Assembly: GCA_963677895.2 (NCBI GenBank) | Contig: CAXXGJ010000012.1 | Coordinates: 32,001 to 96,000, forward strand | Direction of reading: 5' to 3' | DNA length: 64,000 bases | Origin: Treponemataceae bacterium | GTDB lineage: Bacteria; Spirochaetota; Spirochaetia; Treponematales; Rectinemataceae | In this document: positions 48,841 through 57,864 of the stretch, piece by piece | Numbering within the stretch: the stretch's first letter is position 1 | Layout of the letters: the number at the start of each line of letters is the position of its first letter | Position numbers and translations under genes: made by a program | Notes under the pieces: generated by a model | What the model was told of the DNA's origin: nothing | The model's database searches: none | The model's input: only the letters and a program-made list of their open reading frames with translations

Positions 48841-49638
48841 CTATTGGTTTTTGCGCGCGTCGATCAGGCGGAGGAAATCGTCGGGAGCCGGGCTTTCGAA
48901 CGAGATCACTTCCCTCGTGAATGGCTGTTCCAGAACGAGCAGGTGGGCGTGAAGACATAGCCTTCCCAGGGGATCGCTCCGGGCGCCATATCTAGGGTCG
49001 CCGGCGACGGGATGGCCGGCCTCGGAAAGCTGGGCGCGGATCTGGTGTTTCCTGCCTGTTTCCAGGCTCAGCGACACGAGCGAATAGCGCTGGCCCGCGG
49101 CCAGTACCTTCCAGTTCGTGATAGATCTCAGGGCGCCTGGGCTGCCAGGCTGCGCCCCATAGACCTGGCCGGCGCGGTTTTCCACGAGCCAGGTATCGAA
49201 AACGCCGCTCTCGTCTTCCATTCTGCCCTCGATGACGGCCGTGTAGCCGCGCTCTTTCACGAGCTCATTCCAGTTGTCCATGAGTTTTTTCTTGGCCATG
49301 GCGTGCTTGGCGAACACCATCACGCCCGAGGTGTCCCTGTCCAGCCTATGGACGACGGCTGCCCGACCGCGCGGATTCCTGCGCTGGATATGGTCGGTGA
49401 CGATATCGTAGAGGGTCTTGGTCCTCGATCCTTCGGGCGCGATGACGGAAAGCCCTTCCGGCTTTTCGACGACGATGATGTCCTTGTCTTCGAATATAAA
49501 CTCGATCCTATGTCCGGATCTGCCGGGACCGCGCGGTTTTGCGGCGTCGTGGGGCCTGCCGGCTTCGTTTTGCCTGCCGGCTTCGTTGTACCTGCCCTGA
49601 ACGCGCGGCTTGCCGGAATCATGTCGTCTCTGCTGCAT
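48841..49638 (-). CDS. RluA-family pseudouridine synthase
   Basis: VHRLDRDTSG, ETGRKHQIR, GDPRYG, LHA. Confidence 0.95.
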   Translation of the reverse strand: MQQRRHDSGKPRVQGRYNEAGRQNEAGRPHDAAKPRGPGRSGHRIEFIFEDKDIIVVEKPEGLSVIAPEGSRTKTLYDIVTDHIQRRNPRGRAAVVHRLDRDTSGVMVFAKHAMAKKKLMDNWNELVKERGYTAVIEGRMEDESGVFDTWLVENRAGQVYGAQPGSPGALRSITNWKVLAAGQRYSLVSLSLETGRKHQIRAQLSEAGHPVAGDPRYGARSDPLGRLCLHAHLLVLEQPFTREVISFESPAPDDFLRLIDARKNQ

Positions 49639-49679
49639 GGAAGCATTTTACATCGGAAGAGGCCGATGGACTATAGCGC

Positions 49680-49750
49680 GGGGCCGCGAAGGGCTCCGGT
49701 GGTCGCTAAATATGAGGGGCCGCGAAGGGCTCCGGTGGCCGCTTAAAATG
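49680..49750. repeat. Two-copy tandem repeat, 36-bp period
   Basis: GGGGCCGCGAAGGGCTCCGGTGGTCGCTAAATATG and GGGGCCGCGAAGGGCTCCGGTGGCCGCTTAAAATG. Confidence 0.85.
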
Positions 49751-49827
49751 CGCGCGCGGGGGGGCGCGGCGGGCCCCCGTTGCCGCGGGGCGGTTTCCCC
49801 GCTACCATGGGGCCAAGGAGTCAGACA

Positions 49828-50175
49828 ATGTTGATCCAACGTTCTGAGATGATACAAGAGACGAGAACACATATGCGCGAGGGCAAGGGTTCCTGCACCG
49901 TAACCCCGCTGGGCGGAGCCCAGCTCCAGAAACATTGCAGAGTCCTGTCGGAAATCGTCATTCCGGTAGGGGCGAGCATTGGACCTCATCCCCATGTCGC
50001 CGAAACCGAGTACTACATAATTCTCGAGGGCAGCGCCCTGGTGGACGACGACGGAAAGCCGATCAACGTGAAGCCTGGCGACGTCGTGATAACGAACGGC
50101 GGAGCCACGCATAGCATCGAAGCCACCGGCGACGTCCCGCTCAGGATGATCGCCGTCATCGTCACGGACGCCTGA
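49828..50175 (+). CDS. Cupin-domain protein
   Basis: GASIGPHPHVAETEYYIILEG and PGDVV...HSI; RBS AAGGAG. Confidence 0.9.
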   Translation: MLIQRSEMIQETRTHMREGKGSCTVTPLGGAQLQKHCRVLSEIVIPVGASIGPHPHVAETEYYIILEGSALVDDDGKPINVKPGDVVITNGGATHSIEATGDVPLRMIAVIVTDA

Positions 50176-50953
50176 AACCCTCCGCCCTGTTCCCGAACAG
50201 TTCGTACATGCAGATTCCTCCGGCGACGACGACGTTAAGCGAGTCGATGCCGGGGGTCATGGGTATGTAGACTTCGCCGCGGCAGAGATCGATGATGTCG
50301 GCGGGGAGGCCGTACCCTTCGTTGCCGACGACGAGGATGAAGGGGCGTTTCGGGGCATATTCGCTCAAGGGAAGGGCGGTCGGCGAGAGCGTGGCGGCGG
50401 CCAGATCGAAGCCGCCGCGGGCCAGGGAGGACAATCCGGCCGCGTCGCTGGCGTGGAGCGGGAGGGAAAGGGCGTTGCCCATCGAGGCGCGAAGGGCCTT
50501 GCGGTAATAGGGGTCGGCGCAGCCCGGACCCAGGAGCACGCCTGCCGCTCCCAGTCCCGCTGCCGAGCGGATCAGGGCCCCCACGTTCGAGGGATCGGTC
50601 ACGTTCCAGAGGCAGAGGTATGAGTCCTCAGGCGCCCCTTGACGTCGGGGTTCGCCCTCGTTTCCCGCGAAAGGCTTCAATTCTGGCCTTTTCGCTATGG
50701 CGATCGATCCATGGTGGAAATGGAAACCGGCGATTCTGCAGATTTCCTCGTGATCGACCCGCTTTACGGGAAATTTCACTTCATGCGTCGCGAGCCAGTC
50801 CTCGTCGCTCCCCTCCGAACGGACGAGGCCAAGAATCTCAATGTCTCCGGCGATCGCCTTCTCGATGACGATGCGTCCCTCGAGGACCATCAGACCCATC
50901 CGCGAAACATCCTTGTCCTTGAGGTCCGAAAACAGGCCGAGATCGAATTCCAT
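50162..50953 (-). CDS. TrmH/SpoU-family RNA methyltransferase
   Basis: Start MEFDLG; DPSNVGALIRSA, VGNEGYGL, IPM...DSLNV. Confidence 0.92.
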   Translation of the reverse strand: MEFDLGLFSDLKDKDVSRMGLMVLEGRIVIEKAIAGDIEILGLVRSEGSDEDWLATHEVKFPVKRVDHEEICRIAGFHFHHGSIAIAKRPELKPFAGNEGEPRRQGAPEDSYLCLWNVTDPSNVGALIRSAAGLGAAGVLLGPGCADPYYRKALRASMGNALSLPLHASDAAGLSSLARGGFDLAAATLSPTALPLSEYAPKRPFILVVGNEGYGLPADIIDLCRGEVYIPMTPGIDSLNVVVAGGICMYELFGNRAEGFRRP

Positions 50954-51048
50954 ATCGGCAGTATACAGCAGCCCGGCTAAGTTCCGCGATAGCGAAAAGC
51001 CGGGACTATCCGTCGCCTGGGCCCAATTCGCCATGAAAAGCAGTCGCG

Positions 51049-51906
51049 TCAGCCGAAAAGCGTCTCCATTTCCGCGTGGGCAGCGAAAGCGGCCATCGCG
51101 GCGTCGGAAGGTTTGGGCGGATTTTTCGAAGCTTCCTCGACAATAGTCCTGAATACGTGGATATCGCCCGCGCTGTTGACGAAGGATCCATCCAGGCCCC
51201 AGGCGAAGCCCAGGGCGGCCGCGATGTCGGCGGGCTCTTTCAGCGGCTCGTACCAAGTGGCGTTTGTATGGGGCCTCTCGCCCCAGGGCTTTCGCAGGAA
51301 AGCCTTTATGAGCTGGTAGGCTACCTTTCGCCCGCGGCACTCGCCTACGAGTTCGCCAACGGCCGACGCGTAGTCCGGATTCCGCGACAAAGGCCAATTC
51401 CAAGGGAAAAGCACGGAATCGAAATCGAAACGACGGAGGCTGCGCAAATGCATGGCCGGGGCGTTCAGGCCATGGCCCGTCACGCCGAGGAAGCGGACCT
51501 TGCCGCTTTCCCTGGCTTCCACGAAAGCCTCGAGGGCACCGCCCTCTCCCATGGCTATCTCCCACTCATCCTCTTCGACGAGGACATGCATCTGCCAGAG
51601 ATCCACATGGTCGGTGCCCAACCTTGCGAGCGAAGTCTCCAGCTCGGCGAGGGCTTCCTTTTTCGTGCGCATCTGCGTCTTCGTCGCCAGGAAAACCTCG
51701 TCGCGGTGAGATTTGAGCCAGGGTCCCATTCTCTCCTCGGCGTCGCCGTAGCTCGCCGCCACATCGAAATGGTTGAGGCCAGCCTCAAGCGCCAGGCCGA
51801 GCGTCCTGTCGGCTTCGCCCTGTGTGACGGTGCCCAGCGCCGCCGCGCCGAATATCAGACGGGAGGATTGGTGGCCTGTGCGGCCGAACGCTTGTCGTGG
51901 TATCAT
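51049..51906 (-). CDS. Aldo/keto reductase
   Basis: FDVAASYG, FLATK, SLARLGTDHVDLWQMH, GKVRFLGVTGH. Confidence 0.92.
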   Translation of the reverse strand: MIPRQAFGRTGHQSSRLIFGAAALGTVTQGEADRTLGLALEAGLNHFDVAASYGDAEERMGPWLKSHRDEVFLATKTQMRTKKEALAELETSLARLGTDHVDLWQMHVLVEEDEWEIAMGEGGALEAFVEARESGKVRFLGVTGHGLNAPAMHLRSLRRFDFDSVLFPWNWPLSRNPDYASAVGELVGECRGRKVAYQLIKAFLRKPWGERPHTNATWYEPLKEPADIAAALGFAWGLDGSFVNSAGDIHVFRTIVEEASKNPPKPSDAAMAAFAAHAEMETLFG

Positions 51907-51949
51907 GGAAGCCTCCTATATCAATCATGGCAGCATGCCGGAGGGAAAT

Positions 51950-52822
51950 GTGCGCGTTCTCGATTTCGGTTCCCTGAATATAGACTATGTTTATAAGGTA
52001 GACAATTTTCTCAAGCCCGGCGAGACAAAACCGGCTCAGTCGCTCACGGTTTTCGCGGGAGGCAAGGGACTCAACCAGGCTTTGGCGCTCGCGAGGGCGG
52101 GGGTCGATGTGGCCCAGGCGGGCAAAGTGGGCGGCGAGGGCGCCTTCCTCGTCGAAAAACTGAAAGCCGCGGGCGTCGATACGAGCCGCGTCGAGACATC
52201 GAACCTCGCGACGGGCCACACGATCATCCAGGTGGACGACGCGGGAAGAAACTGCATCCTTCTGTTCGGCGGCGCCAACCGCGATATAGATGCCGCCTGC
52301 ATCGAAAGAGCCCTCGTCGGCTTCGGCAAGGGCGACCTTCTTCTTCTCCAGAACGAAATAACGTCCATCGCCTCGATTATGAGGGCGGCGAAGGCCCGCG
52401 GCATGACCATCGTCATGAATCCTTCGCCCTACGACAGCAACATAGCGACCTATCCCCTGGAACTGATCGACATTTTCATGCTGAACGAGATCGAGGTGGT
52501 GGACCTGGCGGGCGGTGGCGAACCGGAAGCGGCGGCTTGGGCGCTCGGCAAGCGCTTCCCCGGGGCCAGGATCGTCGTGACGCTGGGAGCGGAAGGTTCG
52601 CTCTGCATAGAAAAGGGCAATCTCATAAGGCAGAAAGCGTATAAGGTAAAAGCCGTGGACACGACGGCCGCCGGCGACACCTTTACAGGCTATTTCCTCG
52701 CCGGCCTCCTCGAGGGCATGGATACGGGCAAGGCCCTCGACCTGGGCGCCAGGGCGGCGTCTATCTGCGTCACACGGATGGGCGCCGCCGACTCCGTGCC
52801 ACTACGCGCCGAGGTGAAGTGA
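51950..52822 (+). CDS. rbsK: Ribokinase (PfkB family)
   Basis: GTG start after GGAGG; GSLNID, GGKGLNQA, LQNE, DTTAAGDTF. Confidence 0.85.
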   Translation: MRVLDFGSLNIDYVYKVDNFLKPGETKPAQSLTVFAGGKGLNQALALARAGVDVAQAGKVGGEGAFLVEKLKAAGVDTSRVETSNLATGHTIIQVDDAGRNCILLFGGANRDIDAACIERALVGFGKGDLLLLQNEITSIASIMRAAKARGMTIVMNPSPYDSNIATYPLELIDIFMLNEIEVVDLAGGGEPEAAAWALGKRFPGARIVVTLGAEGSLCIEKGNLIRQKAYKVKAVDTTAAGDTFTGYFLAGLLEGMDTGKALDLGARAASICVTRMGAADSVPLRAEVK

Positions 52823-52866
52823 AGTGAGGCGAGGGCGCCGAACCGAAACCTAGGCGCGGTGTCTTC

Positions 52867-53322
52867 TCACTTCTTGCTGTCGAACTTGTCGGATTTTTTA
52901 TCCACCCACTCGCCGGCCGCCACCGCCGCGTCCTCGATCGTCTGTATGATGGCTTTCAGGAGCTTCTCGCCGGCTTTTCCCATGCGGTAAAAGCCCTTGG
53001 CGGCGTCGTTCTTGCAGATCTTCGCCGCCTGGGCAATGGCGTTCTTGTACTGCTCGTCGGTCATCTTTTTCACGGCGTCCTTGAGAGGAGCGCCATCCTT
53101 CGTGTAACCGAACTTGACCGCATAGTAGGACATGACCATGTCGGCGATGGCCTCTTCCTCGAAATTCAGCTTGTCTCCCACAATTTTCGCGATATCATGG
53201 GCTGGATTCCTCGTCTTGAACCAGAGGAAGTCGCTGAAAGCGCCGCTCACCGCCAAGGCGAGCAGAAGGATGAGCGAAACCCTCCGCTTGAACCCCGCGG
53301 AAAAGAAAATACGCGCCTTCAT
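52867..53322 (-). CDS. Hypothetical exported protein
   Basis: N-terminal signal-like segment; overlaps the upstream gene by 4 nt; typical codon usage. Confidence 0.6.
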   Translation of the reverse strand: MKARIFFSAGFKRRVSLILLLALAVSGAFSDFLWFKTRNPAHDIAKIVGDKLNFEEEAIADMVMSYYAVKFGYTKDGAPLKDAVKKMTDEQYKNAIAQAAKICKNDAAKGFYRMGKAGEKLLKAIIQTIEDAAVAAGEWVDKKSDKFDSKK

Positions 53323-53795
53323 TCGGATGCCGCCATCTTCTTCAGCAGCTCGGGCTCGAGCCTGAAGGACGAGCCTCTTCCCTGGCAGAAGTGGTGGACG
53401 CGGAGAAGATGAATGGACAGATCGGAAAAGACGAGCATGTCCTCGCCTTCGACACAGGATTCGGGGGACTGATCGGCCGCCCTGACGCTCACGGCATTCT
53501 TGTGATAGAGCCCGTCATTATAGGGGCAGGGCAGCATGCCGCGGGCGTCGCCCGTCTGGACGAGGAATTTTCCCAGGGTGATAGGTTCGCCGAGCCCGCG
53601 CTCGCCCGCCGCCCTCAGTTTTTCCAGGCCCGACGCCACCATATCGAAATCCAGGCCCAGCCTCGCGAATTCCGCTTCATCCTCGGCGATTATCTCCTCG
53701 GGCGGCCTTATGTCGTTTCCGAGAAAACCCTGGATCGTAATGACGCCCGGACGCATCCTTTCAAACGCCTTTATTTCGGCAGGTCTCAATTTCAT
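53319..53795 (-). CDS. Hypothetical protein directly downstream of nqrF
   Basis: RBS GGAG; operon position; CP...H and HLLRVHHF motifs. Confidence 0.7.
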   Translation of the reverse strand: MKLRPAEIKAFERMRPGVITIQGFLGNDIRPPEEIIAEDEAEFARLGLDFDMVASGLEKLRAAGERGLGEPITLGKFLVQTGDARGMLPCPYNDGLYHKNAVSVRAADQSPESCVEGEDMLVFSDLSIHLLRVHHFCQGRGSSFRLEPELLKKMAASE

Positions 53796-53807
53796 GGTAC
53801 ATCTCCC

Positions 53808-54926
53808 TCACGCGAACTTATCAAAGTATATCTTGTCTTCCGTGAGTCCGTTGCGCTTCATCACGTTTATGCACGCGTTTATCATCCCCGGCGAACCGCA
53901 GAGATACCCTTCCAGGCCCTTCGCCCTGTCGACGCTCCCCTGGAGATAGCGATCCAGCACGTCGGTGATGAGGCCTACCTCGCCTTTCCAGTTTTCCTCG
54001 GGTTTAGGTTCGGACAGGGCGGGAACGAAGTGGAAGCGCGGCCAGCTCGCCGAAAGCGCGGCCATCTCGTCCAGATAGAACATGTCCTTCGTTGTCCTCG
54101 CGCCGAAGAAATACCAAATCTCCTTCTCGGGGAAGGCGCCCGTTTCATGCATGTGGTTGAGCATGCTCTTGAAAGGCGCCATGCCCGAACCGCCGGCCAC
54201 GCAGATCATGGAAGCGGGCGTGTCGTGGATGCGGAATTCGCCGAAAGGTCCGACGACTTCCACCGTGTCGCCTTCCTTGAGGAACTTGTGCACCCAGGTT
54301 GTGGCTATGCCGCCGGGCACGAGACGTACGAGGAGTTCCACATGCTTCGTGTCGCTGGGGCGCGATGACATGGAATAGGCGCGTTGGGCGCTCTCCGGCA
54401 TTTCGCCGTAGGGCGGAACCACAAGCTGAACGTACTGGCCGGCCTGGAATTCGATCGGCTGCCCATCGATGTCGAGAAAAACCTCTTTTATGTCGTAGGT
54501 GAGGTCCGCGATGCGCGCTACCCGCGTCCTGAATTTCTTGATGCTGAAAAGTTCCTCGGGCAACTCGATGGCGAGATCCTTGCGGACCTTCACCTGGCAG
54601 GCGAGGCGGATATTGTCCTCCATCTCCTTGGGGGACATGTAGGGCATCTCCGTGGGCAGGTGAGGGCCCACGTCGGTGATGATCTTGCATTTGCAGGCGC
54701 CGCAGGAACCTCGGCCGCCGCAGGCCGAAGGAATGAAGATGCCTTCGGCGCCGAGGGTCCCGAGGAGGGCGGATCCACCTTTTACCGTCAGCTCTTTTTT
54801 CCCGCCATTGATGGAAATCTTTAGCTGGCCGTAATTATTGAGGAATTTGTCCAGGATCGCGATGATCAGCGCCAGGAACGTCGATATTCCGGCGACCGTG
54901 AGCGGACCTACGAGAATCGGGCTCAT
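53808..54926 (-). CDS. nqrF: NqrF-like subunit (TM anchor, 2Fe-2S, FAD and NAD domains)
   Basis: SACGGRGSCGAC...RLACQ, RAYSM, GPFG, AGGSGMAP, FFGAR, YLCG, FDKFA. Confidence 0.85.
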   Translation of the reverse strand: MSPILVGPLTVAGISTFLALIIAILDKFLNNYGQLKISINGGKKELTVKGGSALLGTLGAEGIFIPSACGGRGSCGACKCKIITDVGPHLPTEMPYMSPKEMEDNIRLACQVKVRKDLAIELPEELFSIKKFRTRVARIADLTYDIKEVFLDIDGQPIEFQAGQYVQLVVPPYGEMPESAQRAYSMSSRPSDTKHVELLVRLVPGGIATTWVHKFLKEGDTVEVVGPFGEFRIHDTPASMICVAGGSGMAPFKSMLNHMHETGAFPEKEIWYFFGARTTKDMFYLDEMAALSASWPRFHFVPALSEPKPEENWKGEVGLITDVLDRYLQGSVDRAKGLEGYLCGSPGMINACINVMKRNGLTEDKIYFDKFA

Positions 54927-54936
54927 GCTTCGCTCC

Positions 54937-55536
54937 TCACTGTACGGCTATCATGCCGGAAAAGCCGATGAACGCCATGGCCATGAAGCCGATGGTGATG
55001 AGGGTGATGCCCGTGCCCTTCAGGCCCGCGGGGATGGCGTTGTTCTTGTCCAGCTTCATGCGGATGGAGGCGAGGAGCATGATCGACAGCCACCAGCCGG
55101 CGCCCGATCCGAAGCCGAAAACGACGGCCTGGACGAAATTGTAATTGCGGATCTGCATGAAGAGGATGACGCCCAGGACGGCGCAGTTGACCGTGATCAG
55201 CGGGAGGAAAATGCCGAGGGCCAGGTACAGCGAAGGCGAATACCGGTCGATGAGCATCTCCAGCATCTGCACGACGCCTGCTATCACGATGATGAAAATG
55301 ATGAAGGAGAGATACTCGATCCCGAGGGGCTTGATGACGAAATACAGCACCGCCCAGCAGATCGCCGAGCATAGTCCAATGACCATGGTGACGGCTATGC
55401 CCAGGCCCATCGAACTCTTGAAGTCCTTGGAAATCGAAATGAAGGAGCAGGTCCCCAGAAAGTTGGCGAGGAGGATATTGCTCGTGAGAATGCTCGCGAG
55501 GAAAAGCGAAAGTAAACCTACATTGGGTGCGTTCAT
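54937..55536 (-). CDS. nqrE: NqrE/RnfA-family membrane subunit
   Basis: NILLANFLGTC, LGIFLPLITVNCAVLG. Confidence 0.8.
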   Translation of the reverse strand: MNAPNVGLLSLFLASILTSNILLANFLGTCSFISISKDFKSSMGLGIAVTMVIGLCSAICWAVLYFVIKPLGIEYLSFIIFIIVIAGVVQMLEMLIDRYSPSLYLALGIFLPLITVNCAVLGVILFMQIRNYNFVQAVVFGFGSGAGWWLSIMLLASIRMKLDKNNAIPAGLKGTGITLITIGFMAMAFIGFSGMIAVQ

Positions 55537-55537
55537 G

Positions 55538-56158
55538 TCACTTCGCTCCTTTCTTTTTCGCTTCGGCCTTGGCTTTGTAGGTGTTGGCGGCCCAGAGCGC
55601 CATGGCCACGAGGAAGAACGCGGATGGCGCCATCACCATGATGGTCCAGGGCGTAAAGCCTTCGCCCATGAGCTTGATCCCGAAGAAAGAGCCGAAACCG
55701 AAGAATTCCCTGATGACGGCGATGCAGACGAGAACCCAGCCATAGCCCAGGCCGTTCGCGATGCCGTCGAGGAAGGAGAGGCCGGGCTTGTTGGCCATCG
55801 CGAAGGCTTCCGCGCGGCCCATGAGAATGCAGTTCGTGATGATGAGTCCGACATAGGGACCCAGCTGCTTCGAGATGGCGGGGGCGAATGCCCTGAGGAG
55901 AATATCGATGATGATGACGTAGAAGGAATGTATGAGGACCGTGATGATCATCCTCACCTTGCGGGGCATCCAGTCCTTGATGGCGGCGAGCGTGAGGCTG
56001 CCCATCGCCGTGGCGAAGGTGACGCCGAACACCATGATGAGCGTGTTGCGCAGATTGTTGGTGACGGCGAGGGTGGAGCAGATGCCCAGAACCTGGACGA
56101 AGATGGGAGTGTTCGTCCAGAGGCCGTCCTTCATCACTTTTTTTTGCGCTGTCGTCAT
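55538..56158 (-). CDS. nqrD: NqrD/RnfE-family membrane subunit
   Basis: QVLGICSTLAVT, YVGLIITNCILMGRAE, APSAFF. Confidence 0.82.
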   Translation of the reverse strand: MTTAQKKVMKDGLWTNTPIFVQVLGICSTLAVTNNLRNTLIMVFGVTFATAMGSLTLAAIKDWMPRKVRMIITVLIHSFYVIIIDILLRAFAPAISKQLGPYVGLIITNCILMGRAEAFAMANKPGLSFLDGIANGLGYGWVLVCIAVIREFFGFGSFFGIKLMGEGFTPWTIMVMAPSAFFLVAMALWAANTYKAKAEAKKKGAK

Positions 56159-56784
56159 AGGCTGCCTCCGATCCGCTTGATCGCGGCGAGAGCCTTCGCC
56201 ACGAGGATCTGGACGAAGTCCGAGGTCCGGCTCGCTCCCGTTATCGCGTCGGCCTTCGAGTTTTCCTTGTCGGGATCGCCCTTTCCCGAGCCTTGAACGA
56301 CGGTCACCTTCCCGTCGCTCCCGACTTTTTCGCCCTTGAACTGGTCCGTGAACCAGGCTTCCCCGATGCGGCCGCCCAGTCCGGGCGTTTCCTGCTGGTC
56401 GAGCATTTCCAGCCCTCGTATGCGCTCCGCCTTGGGATCGGCGGCCAGAATGGCGGTGATCGGCCCCCAGAGGCCGGGATTCGTGATTTTTACGGCCACG
56501 TAGGCGGCGCCGTCGATAGTGGAACTGTAGGCGGCCATGCCCGGCGCGGGTTCGGGGAGTTCCTTCACCTGGCTCGCGTAGGTGCTTTCCACCTCCGCTT
56601 TCGAGGTTGCCGGACCGGCCAGGTCAAAAGCCTTGAGGACGGCGTAATGGGACGCGTAGCTCTGGTTGGCCTTCACCTGCGGGAGGGTGATCTGGTTCGC
56701 CGCGGCGAGGAGGACGACGAAGGCCGAACAGACGACGAAGGTGAATACGATGACATAGCCGATGGATTCTTTCTTGAACTTCAT
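56155..56784 (-). CDS. nqrC: NqrC/RnfG-family FMN-binding subunit
   Basis: Start MKFKKE; GLWGPI, ETPGLGG, DAITGASRTS. Confidence 0.82.
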   Translation of the reverse strand: MKFKKESIGYVIVFTFVVCSAFVVLLAAANQITLPQVKANQSYASHYAVLKAFDLAGPATSKAEVESTYASQVKELPEPAPGMAAYSSTIDGAAYVAVKITNPGLWGPITAILAADPKAERIRGLEMLDQQETPGLGGRIGEAWFTDQFKGEKVGSDGKVTVVQGSGKGDPDKENSKADAITGASRTSDFVQILVAKALAAIKRIGGSL

Positions 56785-57707
56785 GCGGCGCTCCCCTTTT
56801 TCTCCGCGACGGCCGGCTTTTTCATCGAATCGACGGCGATGTCGATGAGGCTCGCGAAGGTATTGCCGAAGAGGATGGCAAAACTCGTGCCTTCCGGGAA
56901 GGCGGAGAAGGTGCGGACGACAACGACGGTGATGCCGATCAGTGCGCCGTAGACGTAATGGGAAGGCTGGCGCTTGGGCGCAGAGATGGGATCGGTGGCC
57001 ATGAAAACGGTGACGAAGAGGAAGGAGCCGGCGAGAAGGCTCTCCATGGGGAGGGCCTGATGGACGCCGCCGTAATAGAGAGCCGCGTTGAGGGCGGCGG
57101 CGGCGGCGATCGAAGATAGGATGATGCGCCAGCTGGCCGTCTTGGTGGCGATGAGGTAGATCGCCGCCGCGCCCACGAGGAGCGCCATTCCCTCGCCCAT
57201 GGCCCCCGGGCGTTGGCCGAGCAGGAGGTTCAGGATGTCGACGCTTTGGCCTGAGCGCATGAGGCCGAGAGGAGTAGCCGAAGCCACGACATCGGCCGCG
57301 CCGAAGCCGAATTCCCCAAACGTGGAATAGGAAGCCGAGAGCACGACGGCGAAGGATATATACACGAAGGTTCGTCCCGCTATCGCCGGATTGAAGATAT
57401 TCTTGCCGAAGCCGCCGTAGACGCTCTTGGCGAGGGCTGTGGCAAAGACGATGCCTACGCCTAGAATCCAGAGCGGCGTCCTGGGCGGAAAGGCTAGGGC
57501 ATAGAGGGCGCAGGTGATCAGGATGGCTTCGCTTACTTTTCCCGATTTTTTCCGCTCGAAGACCCACTCGGTGCCGATGCCCAGGATAAAGACCACGGCC
57601 GCCGAAAGAAGGACTTTATAGCCATACATCCAAATAGAGTAGAGGTAGATCGGCACGAGAGCGTACAGGACTCTGCGCATCATCGGCTGTTTCAGGAACT
57701 TCACCAT
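56781..57707 (-). CDS. nqrB: NqrB/RnfD-family membrane subunit (short form)
   Basis: KSVYGGFGKNIFNPA, SATPL FMN site, PGAMGE, FMATDPIS, PEG..FAIL. Confidence 0.8.
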   Translation of the reverse strand: MVKFLKQPMMRRVLYALVPIYLYSIWMYGYKVLLSAAVVFILGIGTEWVFERKKSGKVSEAILITCALYALAFPPRTPLWILGVGIVFATALAKSVYGGFGKNIFNPAIAGRTFVYISFAVVLSASYSTFGEFGFGAADVVASATPLGLMRSGQSVDILNLLLGQRPGAMGEGMALLVGAAAIYLIATKTASWRIILSSIAAAAALNAALYYGGVHQALPMESLLAGSFLFVTVFMATDPISAPKRQPSHYVYGALIGITVVVVRTFSAFPEGTSFAILFGNTFASLIDIAVDSMKKPAVAEKKGSAA

Positions 57708-57864
57708 GGCTGAGCTCCTCCTTTACGTAGAGTAGTATAGGCAATCGCCATTTGCAATTTGTAAATCGACCGTAATTTCGATTAATCGACGCGGATTTTC
57801 ATCTCCGAGCCTAGGGCGGAAGGTTTTTCCGCTTGACCCCCAAACCGTTAGCGGCAAGAATCCC

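Noticed and set aside
49680..49750. Possible CRISPR mini-array
   Set aside because: Only two directly adjacent copies, no unique spacer and no cas genes in the window.
50954..51565. Apparent 467-aa TrmH protein with a long N-terminal domain
   Set aside because: The extension is mostly an off-frame reading of the aldo/keto reductase gene; the methyltransferase most plausibly starts at 50953.
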